Source: Myxococcota bacterium
Lineage (GTDB): Bacteria; Myxococcota_A; UBA9160; SZUA-336
Length of the DNA stretch: 64,000 nt
Direction: 5' to 3'
NCBI GenBank assembly: GCA_965247115.1
Contig: CBDFGR010000002.1
Location: forward strand, 192,001-256,000
The notes beneath the pieces were generated by a model. It was not told the origin of the DNA, ran no database searches, and saw only the letters and a program-made list of their open reading frames with translations. Positions within the stretch are counted from its first letter, which is position 1. Every line of letters begins with the position of its first letter. Positions 49,620 to 58,357 of this stretch are shown here, one piece after another. The position numbers and the translations under genes are program-made.

Positions 49620-50504
49620 GTGCCCTTCTACTCGCCGCTTCGTTACCCCGGAGGCAAGCGTCGCCTTGCACCTGCGATCATGCGCCTGGTCGAGGACAAC
49701 GGGCTCAAGGACATTCAGTACGTAGAGCCCTACGCTGGCGGCGCCTCGGTCGCGATCGCGATGCTTCTAGAAGAGTACGCCTCGGTCGTGCACATCAACG
49801 ACCTGAGCCTTCCCGTTTACGCATTCTGGCACACGGTTCTGAACCAGACGGACTGGCTCTGTAGACGGATCGAACGAGCTCGCGTCACGATGCGCCAGTG
49901 GCGAATCCAACGGACAATCTACGAAGCGGCAGGGACGGCGGATCTAGCCGAACTTGGGTTCGCAACACTCTTCCTGAATCGCACGAACCGATCGGGAATC
50001 GTTGGCGGTGGCGTTATTGGCGGAAAGTCCCAAGATGGCGAATGGAGTATGGACGTTCGATTCGGACGGCCGGAACTCATTCGCAGAATCCGAGCCATCG
50101 GTAGATACGCCAGCAGAATAAAGCTCTACCGGATGGACGCTCTAGACTTCACTGGGACAGTCGCTTCGCTCGGTCGAAACACATTCACCTTCTACGACCC
50201 GCCCTACATTGAGAACGGCCATAAGCTCTATTTGAACGACTACACGATCGCGGGGCATCGCCGGCTGGCTGCGCGCGTGTCTAGGCTCAAGCGCCCCTGG
50301 GTCGTTACCTACGACATGGCTGCGATTGGGCATGGTCTCTACGAGAACTTCCGGCGGGTTGCCTACGAGCTTAGCTATACGACTCAGGACCGCTACCGAG
50401 GTCGGGAGGTAATGTTCGTCTCCGACGGCTTGCGGCTGCCGAAACTGACGGCGTTGATGGGTCCGCGTATGCGACTCATACGCCACCAGACCCAGGTTCA
50501 TTGA
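49620..50504 (+). CDS. DNA adenine methyltransferase (Dam/D12 class)
   Basis: SPLRYPGGK, YVEPYAGGASV, INDL, FLNRTNRSG and YDPPY motifs. Confidence 0.92.
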   Translation: MPFYSPLRYPGGKRRLAPAIMRLVEDNGLKDIQYVEPYAGGASVAIAMLLEEYASVVHINDLSLPVYAFWHTVLNQTDWLCRRIERARVTMRQWRIQRTIYEAAGTADLAELGFATLFLNRTNRSGIVGGGVIGGKSQDGEWSMDVRFGRPELIRRIRAIGRYASRIKLYRMDALDFTGTVASLGRNTFTFYDPPYIENGHKLYLNDYTIAGHRRLAARVSRLKRPWVVTYDMAAIGHGLYENFRRVAYELSYTTQDRYRGREVMFVSDGLRLPKLTALMGPRMRLIRHQTQVH

Positions 50505-50684
50505 TCCCGACTTCGGCATTCTCGAGCCCCGGCCTGCCGCCGCGCGACGCCATCCGCTATTTCCGTCGAGGGGCCTACTCGAATCGAGAGAATTGGACGG
50601 CCTCCTCAGTGCATCGGCTGGATCTTACGCGGGGCGCCACAAGGGTACGAAGGAAACCTCCTCCCACAGGTCTGCACCGACGGC

Positions 50685-51881
50685 CTACTCGGTGACCTCA
50701 TCCAGGAGCTGATCGAGCTGGCCGGTCCATTCGGAGCCCTCAACCGTTGGTCGATGGTGGAGGTGGGCCGGACAGAAGGGCTTCGGGCCGCGGTCCATCG
50801 TTGCCGTTGACCGGAACCGGTACTCCCAGCTCTTCGTCACTGGGTGAAGACATGCTGCCAGCACCTCGAACTCGTCGGGATGGTAGTAGCGACTGCACGG
50901 GTCTCTTTTCGATGCGCGAGTCCGTTGGAAGTCCACGACGGCTGCCCCCGATGCGCGCGTCCGCCGCAGGACGTTCTTGCATTCGATGTGAACGGGCCGC
51001 CTGCGTTTGTACTCCACCCAGAAGTCCGGCCGGCCGTCCTCGTCGATCTTCTCGAAGGCTGTGACGCTGGGCACTTGGCCCAGGTGGGTCACCAGATGAT
51101 CCTCGGCCGCCGCGCCTCGCAACGCGGCCTTGGCACGGAACGCGAGGCCGTGGAGGAAGCGGAGGATCGCGTCGTCTGACGTGTAGCCCAGCTCCTCCTC
51201 CAGCTTCTGTCGCACGTCATCGAGAGTGAGGATCTCAGCGGGCTGCTCAGGCACAGGAGCCAGCTGCTCTGCGATTAGGAGACGCTCTCCAGGATCGAGG
51301 CCGATCGTTGCTCGCTCAACCTGAATGAAGCGGAAGAAGTTCTCGGGCGTGAACGCGAGGAGGGCCTCGACCTCCGCGCGATCTTCAGGCATCGGCCTCT
51401 GGCGCCGGGCCTCCGAGCGCTCGCGCTCCCACCCCAGCCAGCCGGACTGGCGTGTGGCCTCGACATGGTGAGTCTTGAACTCGACAGACCGGCTGAAGCG
51501 CGTCGGGTTGTGCATCGCTGGATCGCACGCGACGAAGACGCCCTCGTCCTCGTCGATCCCGACGCCGAAGAACAGCGTGATCTTTCGCCCGTCAGGATCC
51601 AGCCAGATCTCGTGGTACTTCGGATCGTCACGCGTACCGAAGTCCGAGCCGTACTTCACCTGGAAGCGGTGCTCATCCTTGGGTCTGCCCTGCTGGCCGT
51701 ACTTGCTCGCTGTGAAGGCGTAGCACACCAGCTCGAGCATCTCGCCGTCTGGCGACTCGACGGTGAGCTCGTAGGGCGCCGTCGTGGGGTCCGGCTCGCT
51801 CAGAACCCGGCCCCCGCTACGCTCGACGGCGTCGAGAATCCGACGAACCCGCGCCTGCCCCAGCGAGCCGAACTTCCGCAT
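50685..51881 (-). CDS. Putative PD-(D/E)xK nuclease with an N-terminal methylase-associated domain
   Basis: C-terminal AAEDHL..GRPDFWVEY..IECKN catalytic pattern; N-terminal RPKDEHRFQVKYG resembles methylase-associated X1-type domains; ATG 1 nt after the glycosylase stop. Confidence 0.7.
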   Translation of the reverse strand: MRKFGSLGQARVRRILDAVERSGGRVLSEPDPTTAPYELTVESPDGEMLELVCYAFTASKYGQQGRPKDEHRFQVKYGSDFGTRDDPKYHEIWLDPDGRKITLFFGVGIDEDEGVFVACDPAMHNPTRFSRSVEFKTHHVEATRQSGWLGWERERSEARRQRPMPEDRAEVEALLAFTPENFFRFIQVERATIGLDPGERLLIAEQLAPVPEQPAEILTLDDVRQKLEEELGYTSDDAILRFLHGLAFRAKAALRGAAAEDHLVTHLGQVPSVTAFEKIDEDGRPDFWVEYKRRRPVHIECKNVLRRTRASGAAVVDFQRTRASKRDPCSRYYHPDEFEVLAACLHPVTKSWEYRFRSTATMDRGPKPFCPAHLHHRPTVEGSEWTGQLDQLLDEVTE

Positions 51882-51882
51882 G

Positions 51883-52557
51883 TCATGCCGCCTTCGCCGA
51901 TGGGCACAGGTCAGCGATCGCGCACTCGCCGCACCTCGGCGATCTCGCAACGCACACTATCCTGCCGTGGGCAACCAGAGTCACGTGGAGGGATGCGCGA
52001 AGGCCGGGCGGGATGTGCTCTTCGAGCTCTCGACCGCGCGTGTCTGACCATGAGCCCGCCGGGGCCAGGTCGAGCCGCTGTGCGATTCGCCACACGTGCG
52101 TATCGACCGGGAACGTGTCCCGTCCGAGGGTGTAGAGCATGACGCACCGCGCGGTCTTGGTCGCGACGCCGGGGAGCGTGGTCAGGTACTCCTCGACCTC
52201 CTTGTCCTTCAGGCCACGCAGCCGCTCGAGGCTGAGCTTGCCTTCGCGGCGCTCGATCTCGTCGAGGATCTGGTGAAGGTGTCGTGCCTTCGTCTGCGCG
52301 AGCCCGGCATCCCGCAGAACGAGCTCGAGCTCGTCTCGGGGCGCGTCGCGAACGGAGCCCCATGTCGGGAGCTGCTCTCGGAGCGCGTTGTACGCCCGAA
52401 GGTACTTGACCTCCTGGGTCATCCTCGAGAGCGCGACGAAAATCAGGTCGTCGAGCGGATCTTCAGGGTTGTGGTGCCGGGGCTGGTCGTACTCCTCGCG
52501 GAGTCGCCTCTCGATCTCGAGGATCCGTGACTCTTCAGCCGTGTCGCCCAAGGGCAC
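51883..52557 (-). CDS. HhH-GPD DNA glycosylase/AP lyase (endonuclease III-like, 4Fe-4S)
   Basis: LPGVATKTA HhH with catalytic Lys, FPVDTH, and C-x6-C-x2-C-x5-C cluster motif. Confidence 0.9.
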   Translation of the reverse strand: MPLGDTAEESRILEIERRLREEYDQPRHHNPEDPLDDLIFVALSRMTQEVKYLRAYNALREQLPTWGSVRDAPRDELELVLRDAGLAQTKARHLHQILDEIERREGKLSLERLRGLKDKEVEEYLTTLPGVATKTARCVMLYTLGRDTFPVDTHVWRIAQRLDLAPAGSWSDTRGRELEEHIPPGLRASLHVTLVAHGRIVCVARSPRCGECAIADLCPSAKAA

Positions 52558-52587
52558 CCCTCCCGACGCCCCATCGTACCGCTGCGG

Positions 52588-53850
52588 CTACAGAAGATCC
52601 GGTGCCTGTGACTCGCGCCTGCGGGCCGCGGGACCTCGGCCTTCCCCGGGATGAGCGCGATGGTCGCCGATTAGCGCCTCATACTTTCTGGGCAGAGAGA
52701 TCACCTTCTCGGGCGCCGGCACAGGTTCGCGCCGTGGGGGCATAAGCTTCGGCGGTCGCAGCCGGCGTCTGGACCCGAGCAGCTGGTAGCGAATCTCCAT
52801 TGCCAGAAGCTCAGCTAACAGCGACGGGACGGCGTTCCCGAGCATCCGCTGGATGGCGCTGCGTCCACAGTCAAACGAGAGCCCGTCGGGGAACGTCTGA
52901 AGCCGGCACATCTCGTGGGCGGTGAGCCGACGGCTGTGCCAGTGGAACGGTCCCGTTGCGGTCCCAGGCTGGGCCTGGATCGTCCAGGCGGGACGGCTCT
53001 TCGCGAGCTTCAGAAGGAACGACCAGAAGCGCGTACGCCAGCCGAACAGTGGGTAGCCGCCGCCTCGCGGTGTGTGCCACAGGTAGTTCTCGCCCTCCGG
53101 AATCGTCGGGAGGAGGTCACCCCACTTCCCACACACCTGCAGCGACTCGTCATCCGGCTCCTCAGGAAGATCGCCGATGGCGTCCCATGCCGTGTGGTAC
53201 GGCTCGCGAGCCTTCGTGAAGAGGTCAACGTCGCTCTCATCGCCGTGGGTGGGCTCAGGGAACACGAACGGCGTGCCATCTCTGGCTCCGATGAGGAGCA
53301 CGCGCTCCCGCTGCTGCGGTACACCGAGCTCGGCAGCGTTCAGCACGCCCCACGAGACGCTGTACTTGGCTCCAGCCTGACGGTTGACCTCGTGAATCCC
53401 CTCAAGGAGATGTTGGAGGCCCTCGTCCTTTCCCTTGTACGCGAGGCCCTGGACGTTCTCGAGGAGGAATGCCTTCGGCCGTATGTCTCGAAGCACCCGA
53501 AGGTAGGCAGTCAGCGTGTCCGAACGAGGATCATCAAGCCGTGACACGTCTCCGGTCGACCAGTAGCCGCTCTTGGAGAACGGCTGGCAAGGCGGGCCAG
53601 CGATGAGAACGTCGGCGTCCCCAGCACGGAGATCAGCTGCTTGCAGGAGCAGCTCGGAGTCAAACTCGTGGATGTCACCTTCGAGGACCGGCCACTTCCG
53701 GTTGAGCCGGAGCGTGGAGCAGCAGACCGGGTCCATCTCCACTGCGACGGCGGTTCGGAAGCCGGCCGCCTCGAAGCCAAAATCGAGGCCCCCGACTCCC
53801 GTGTACAGACTGATCGCCTTGAGCAAGCTCTCCTCCCCCGGGGCACCCAT
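52588..53850 (-). CDS. DNA (cytosine-5)-methyltransferase
   Basis: LYTGVGG, GPPCQPFS, ENV, QQRER, RLQTFP and GNAVP motifs. Confidence 0.93.
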   Translation of the reverse strand: MGAPGEESLLKAISLYTGVGGLDFGFEAAGFRTAVAVEMDPVCCSTLRLNRKWPVLEGDIHEFDSELLLQAADLRAGDADVLIAGPPCQPFSKSGYWSTGDVSRLDDPRSDTLTAYLRVLRDIRPKAFLLENVQGLAYKGKDEGLQHLLEGIHEVNRQAGAKYSVSWGVLNAAELGVPQQRERVLLIGARDGTPFVFPEPTHGDESDVDLFTKAREPYHTAWDAIGDLPEEPDDESLQVCGKWGDLLPTIPEGENYLWHTPRGGGYPLFGWRTRFWSFLLKLAKSRPAWTIQAQPGTATGPFHWHSRRLTAHEMCRLQTFPDGLSFDCGRSAIQRMLGNAVPSLLAELLAMEIRYQLLGSRRRLRPPKLMPPRREPVPAPEKVISLPRKYEALIGDHRAHPGEGRGPAARRRESQAPDLL

Positions 53851-53942
53851 ATTCTACCAGAGACGTGTCCCCAGCTTGCCCGGCTCGCCGGGGCCTCATC
53901 TGCCGTGAAGCTCTGCTTGCCTGTCGTCTGGACGTACGCACC

Positions 53943-54317
53943 TTAAGCAAGCCGACCCGGCAGGAGCTCGCGGCTGTGCGGCGCCTCCCCGTACTTCCAG
54001 CCCTGGACATGGAGCCGCGTAGGCTCGTAGTCCTGGCCGACGTACGTGTGGTACTCAGGCCGCTCGTGCTCGGTCCGCTCGATCGCCATCTGCCGCCCCT
54101 CGGGCGTGTCGAAGACGATATCTACGCCCTCCCCCCACCCGGGCCCGAACTGGTGCTTGCTCTTCTCGTGACCGCCCACGAGGGCGTTCCGCCTCTCGGT
54201 GCGGCAGCCCCCCGTCACCGATCCGCCATACCAGCAGCAGAGCTGCCAGCACCAGAGGACGAACTCGCCTACATCGACCCAATCGATCTGGTACGGCTCC
54301 GAGAGAGGCAGGCTCAT
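53943..54317 (-). CDS. Peptidase M15A-like (D-Ala-D-Ala/endolysin-type) protein
   Basis: VTGGCRTERRNALVGGHEKSKH..GVDI..LHV; ATGA-coupled to the upstream gene. Confidence 0.7.
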   Translation of the reverse strand: MSLPLSEPYQIDWVDVGEFVLWCWQLCCWYGGSVTGGCRTERRNALVGGHEKSKHQFGPGWGEGVDIVFDTPEGRQMAIERTEHERPEYHTYVGQDYEPTRLHVQGWKYGEAPHSRELLPGRLA

Positions 54318-54724
54318 GGCGCTGCCAGCGAACGCATCCAGTCCGGCTTCCTCTTGTTGTGCCGGCAGCGCAGGCCCGCTTCCGGTCCGCAGGTATCGTA
54401 AGCGCCGAAGTTTCCGCCCACGAAGACCGCGTGGTGGTAGAGGAACCGGACCCAGCGCCAGCGCCACGGCAGCGATGTGCGGATGTTCTCCTTGAGCTCC
54501 CCATCGGCGTCGTTCTTGCGCTGCCACGTCATCGAGCCGGCCGGGTGACAGCGGGTGCAGTACCTCCAGTCGTGGATCCGGCAGGCCCAGCGGAAGTCGA
54601 AGCCGAAGAGATCGTCCGGCGAGCTCGAGCAGCCGTCGTCCTGGAAGTGCTCCGGGATCTCTGCAAGCGTCCGCTTCGCCTCCTTCGGGATCGGCCGCTG
54701 CAGTCGGCCGTCTAGGAGCCCCAT
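54314..54724 (-). CDS. Prokaryotic phospholipase A2-like protein
   Basis: DDGCSSSPD..FDFRWACRIHDWRY..RKNDADGEL pattern (CxxHDxxY dyad). Confidence 0.68.
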   Translation of the reverse strand: MGLLDGRLQRPIPKEAKRTLAEIPEHFQDDGCSSSPDDLFGFDFRWACRIHDWRYCTRCHPAGSMTWQRKNDADGELKENIRTSLPWRWRWVRFLYHHAVFVGGNFGAYDTCGPEAGLRCRHNKRKPDWMRSLAAP

Positions 54725-54742
54725 TCCCTTCTCATCCCCCGC

Positions 54743-54964
54743 TCACTCATCGACCGTGGCGCGGCCCGTGATCGGGACCTCGTCCGCTCGAGCGGGTTTG
54801 TCGCTGCATCCGACCCGCAGGCCGTTGCCCATGACGTTGAGCTCGGCCTCTGCGCCGCCCTCGAAGCCGCAGACATCCCACCGGACCCAGCCGTGCTCTC
54901 CCGGCCCGATCTGCATTGCGCAGGCGGGCAGGAGCAGCATCCACGCGATCATCGCAATCCGCAC
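54743..54964 (-). CDS. Small phage lipoprotein (o-spanin-like position)
   Basis: MRIAMIAWMLLLPAC lipobox; start overlaps the endolysin stop. Confidence 0.55.
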   Translation of the reverse strand: MRIAMIAWMLLLPACAMQIGPGEHGWVRWDVCGFEGGAEAELNVMGNGLRVGCSDKPARADEVPITGRATVDE

Positions 54965-55383
54965 TACGCTTCCTCCGAGAGTGGCGACTTTGGGTCGAGC
55001 TCCAGATGGATGTGGCCCACGAGCACGCGCTCTCCCTTGCGCGGGCCCGATCGGAGGGTGTGGTTGTGTTCCTCGTAGAGGACGTCGTAGCGGCCCTTGC
55101 CGTACTTCGCCTCGAGGCGTCCTTGAATCCGGCCCGCCCACGCGGGGCCCTCGACCTCCCAGGGCTTCACGATGTTCCAGACGCGCAGGTCGAAGGCCTT
55201 GTCGGCGTAGTGGAAGCTTCCGTCCTTGTGGATCCCGTCGTTGGCGCTGGTGATGACGATGCGGCCGTCGGTGGTGACTGGCGCCGTGTCCTGCGCGGCG
55301 TGGAGCATGCAGACGACCTCTGGCTCCAGGTGGCCTGCATTCAGCTTGACCGCCGCACTCTTGGTCCGCAGCACGGGCCTCAA
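54964..55383 (-). CDS. Peptidase M15-like endolysin
   Basis: VITSANDGIH..SFHY..AFDLR and HIHLE zinc-ligand pattern. Confidence 0.75.
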   Translation of the reverse strand: MRPVLRTKSAAVKLNAGHLEPEVVCMLHAAQDTAPVTTDGRIVITSANDGIHKDGSFHYADKAFDLRVWNIVKPWEVEGPAWAGRIQGRLEAKYGKGRYDVLYEEHNHTLRSGPRKGERVLVGHIHLELDPKSPLSEEA

Positions 55384-55586
55384 TCGGCTTCCCCCTCCGT
55401 GCGCCCTTCCATGAAACTCAGGCGGCTTTCGTGGTCTCCGACCTGGCCGTTCATCTTCTCCTGAGCGACGCGTAGCATTTCGACGCGCTCGAGGATCCGG
55501 CCCGTCCGCAAGAGGGTCACAGCGATGAGCGGAACCATCGCGACGGCAATTCCCGACGTCGTGAGCTGGATCCAAGTCTCCATCAC
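55380..55586 (-). CDS. Small single-TM protein with coiled-coil tail (holin-like position)
   Basis: Hydrophobic GIAVAMVPLIAVTLL then ..VGDHESRLSFMEG; directly upstream of the endolysin. Confidence 0.5.
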   Translation of the reverse strand: MMETWIQLTTSGIAVAMVPLIAVTLLRTGRILERVEMLRVAQEKMNGQVGDHESRLSFMEGRTEGEAD

Positions 55587-58357
55587 CGAGTACCCTCCGG
55601 GACCCGAGTACCCTCCGGGACTTCGACCTTCCCCGAGGTGAGGCTCAGCGAGCGCAGGGCTGTCACAGAGGTACCGAGAGTCTGCAGGACAGCGTCGAGC
55701 ACCTCGGGCTCGGAGCCGAACTCGTCGAGGAGATCATGGATGATGGGCAGAGCACTTGCGCCGATCCCCCTGGCCACAGGCCCCGAAGGTCCCCACTTCC
55801 GAGTGAGCCATCGCTTCGCGCCCGGGATCGTCATCAGCGTTGCGAGCATTCGGTACTTGACGATCCGCATGAGGGTGGTTGGAAGGTTCGTCAGGTCTGC
55901 CATCTTCCGGATCTGCGTCCCGGCAGCCAGCACGCCAGCGGTCGTCGCTGTGGCCTCGCGCTGGAGCTTCGCTGCGCCGACCGTCGCGTAGTCCCGCATC
56001 AGGTCGAAAGCATCGGGCCCAAGGATCTTCCTAAGCTTGATGGCCGAGTCGATCTGGTCGTCGCCAAACCACGTGTTCATGAGCCTCACGAGCTTCTTCG
56101 CATCTGCAGCGATGCCGGAGTCCTGCAATCCCAGAAGGACGCTCATGAGCTCGTCGGGATTCGGATTCCTCTCTGCAGCCTCCATCATCGTCGCCATCAT
56201 CCGACGGCGGATCCTGCGAACGAGCGGATCCTTGTCTCCGCCTAGCTTCTGGAAGACCGCGAGCACGTCCTCCGCCGATCCCTTCTTCATCAGGTGCCGG
56301 ACGAACTTGCTCGGCTCGATCGCGGAGCGGCCCAGGTCGTTCCGTAGGAACGGCTTGACGACCTCGTTCTGGTATTCCCGAGCAGCCCTGTCCTCGAGTT
56401 GCTTGGCGCGTCGCAGCGTTGCGAGGGCCTCGTCGCCCTTCAAGTTCCGGAGGTCTGGCAGGTCGATCAGTTTGTGGGACGCAGCTAGGGTTCGGAGCTG
56501 CTGATCGATCTCGGGGACACTGTCACCGTAGAGTTCCCGCTTCATCGATGGGCTCAACCCATCCCAGGTCCCCACGAGTTTGTCCGAGCTGATCGACGTC
56601 CCGCCGTCGCGCCGCAACAACGACTTGGAGTTCTCCAGCATGTCGCCGAACTGCGAGCCGACCAAGGCCTGATACTCGGCAGAATCCGCACCGAAGAAGG
56701 TCTTGATGCGCTGGACCGTGTCGAGCTCGCCGGCATTCACGTACCGGCGGAAATAGGTGCTCTTGGGGACGAAACCGTGCTCGGTTGCCTCGACGAAGAG
56801 CTCACGCACACCGCGCTCTAGGAACTGGTCGTGGAACTTCGCGTGGTAGGCGTTTGCGAGTAGTAGGGCGTCTGCAGCGTCTCCATGTCCCATGCCGCGC
56901 AGCCTGCCCGGTACCTCTTCCAGCCCCCGAGTGATTCCTCCGGCCAAGAACTTGAGCTGGCCGTCCGGGATACCTGCGAGGATATCGGGCACGCCTATTG
57001 CGTCGTTCAGCGTCTGCCGGAGCACCTTCGCCTGCCGAACCGTGATCGGCCCGTCGATCTGCAGGAAGGCGTTGAGCTTCGTGCGGACGGCTGGATCGAA
57101 AGCGATGGGAGAGATGCCCCCGGGAAGCTCCATCTTGATTGCCTGGCCGCTCGCGTCGAGGATTGGGCCGTCGACCACCTTCGGCCTCTCCCGGACCGCG
57201 TCTCCTAGCAAGTTCTCCACGCGGCGCTGGAGTTCCCCGAGATCGACGATCTTCATGTCGTTCGCGGTCCCATTGTCTATGGGCGTCTCGTAGAACCCAC
57301 CGAAGAGTCGTTCGTCATTCGCGCGGAACACCTGGCGTCTGGTCTGGGCGCCGATCGTCGCGAAGTTCGCAGCCGTCTCGACCGAGAGCCCTATCGGTCC
57401 CTCGCCGCCGCCCATATCAGCCCGGATCGCCGACAGCTTCCTGGAGGCCTGCTGCTCCGCGCTTCTCTCGAAGCTGTTTCGGACGCGGATGTAGCGGTCG
57501 TACTGGTCACTCAGCCTCAGCGTGGCCTCGATCCCGATTTCGCGAGAGGCGGCGAGCTCGCCGAACTCGGATCCAAGGTCGTTCTGCAGCCACTGGATTG
57601 CCTCGTCCTCTTGCCGTGCCAGCTTCTGGAGCCGGCCTGCAGAGCCCGGAAGGCGACCGTAGAACGACTCCGCTCGCAGCAAGCTGGGCGCGCCACTGAT
57701 CTCTCCCGTGCTCAACAGGTCGCGGGCAACCTTCTGACCAGGGAGTCGACCCGCGAGCCGATCGGCCGCCTCAATCAATCCTTGGCGCTCTGCGACTTGC
57801 TTCCCGAGCGGTGCGACGAGCTTCTTACCAAACTTACCGCCGAGAAAGGACAGTGGTGACAGGAGGAGATCGGTTGAGATCTCGGCAAACCGTGGCTCCA
57901 GTGGATCGCCAGTAATTGGCTCGCCAGTAAGAAATCGTCCCGCCGCCCGGCCAGCCAGGGCTCCGGCCACATCTCCAACGATAGCTCCGCCGGGGAACGG
58001 CAACGCGGCACCAATCACGGAGCCTACGGCGGCTCCAGTCACCTCGGTGCCAACCCTCACGGCACCTGCCGCCTCTGGCGAAAAAGGTACGCCCAGCACC
58101 GTCGAACTCCGTTCCAAGGTCTCGCGCACCGACCGCTCCAACTGCGTTGCCGGGTCTTCTGGCTCCGGCCTCTCGAGCTCCGGGACTCTCGATTCGGCGA
58201 CCTCGAAGGTCTTGCCGGTCGTGACCATGCGTCTGAAATCTTCGCGCGAGAGTTGCGGGCCGGGGAATGGGCGAGCAGGATCTTTCAGGAACGGGTCGGT
58301 CGCATCATTGGGGCTCACCGTTGCGAGCTCGCGGAATCTCTCACGCGTTAGTCCCAT
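55583..58357 (-). CDS. Large phage internal virion/DNA ejection-like protein
   Basis: 924 aa, helical, with Gly/Ala hydrophobic patch (GAAVGSVIGAALPFPGGAIVG); last of three size-increasing coupled genes. Confidence 0.6.
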   Translation of the reverse strand: MGLTRERFRELATVSPNDATDPFLKDPARPFPGPQLSREDFRRMVTTGKTFEVAESRVPELERPEPEDPATQLERSVRETLERSSTVLGVPFSPEAAGAVRVGTEVTGAAVGSVIGAALPFPGGAIVGDVAGALAGRAAGRFLTGEPITGDPLEPRFAEISTDLLLSPLSFLGGKFGKKLVAPLGKQVAERQGLIEAADRLAGRLPGQKVARDLLSTGEISGAPSLLRAESFYGRLPGSAGRLQKLARQEDEAIQWLQNDLGSEFGELAASREIGIEATLRLSDQYDRYIRVRNSFERSAEQQASRKLSAIRADMGGGEGPIGLSVETAANFATIGAQTRRQVFRANDERLFGGFYETPIDNGTANDMKIVDLGELQRRVENLLGDAVRERPKVVDGPILDASGQAIKMELPGGISPIAFDPAVRTKLNAFLQIDGPITVRQAKVLRQTLNDAIGVPDILAGIPDGQLKFLAGGITRGLEEVPGRLRGMGHGDAADALLLANAYHAKFHDQFLERGVRELFVEATEHGFVPKSTYFRRYVNAGELDTVQRIKTFFGADSAEYQALVGSQFGDMLENSKSLLRRDGGTSISSDKLVGTWDGLSPSMKRELYGDSVPEIDQQLRTLAASHKLIDLPDLRNLKGDEALATLRRAKQLEDRAAREYQNEVVKPFLRNDLGRSAIEPSKFVRHLMKKGSAEDVLAVFQKLGGDKDPLVRRIRRRMMATMMEAAERNPNPDELMSVLLGLQDSGIAADAKKLVRLMNTWFGDDQIDSAIKLRKILGPDAFDLMRDYATVGAAKLQREATATTAGVLAAGTQIRKMADLTNLPTTLMRIVKYRMLATLMTIPGAKRWLTRKWGPSGPVARGIGASALPIIHDLLDEFGSEPEVLDAVLQTLGTSVTALRSLSLTSGKVEVPEGTRVPEGTR

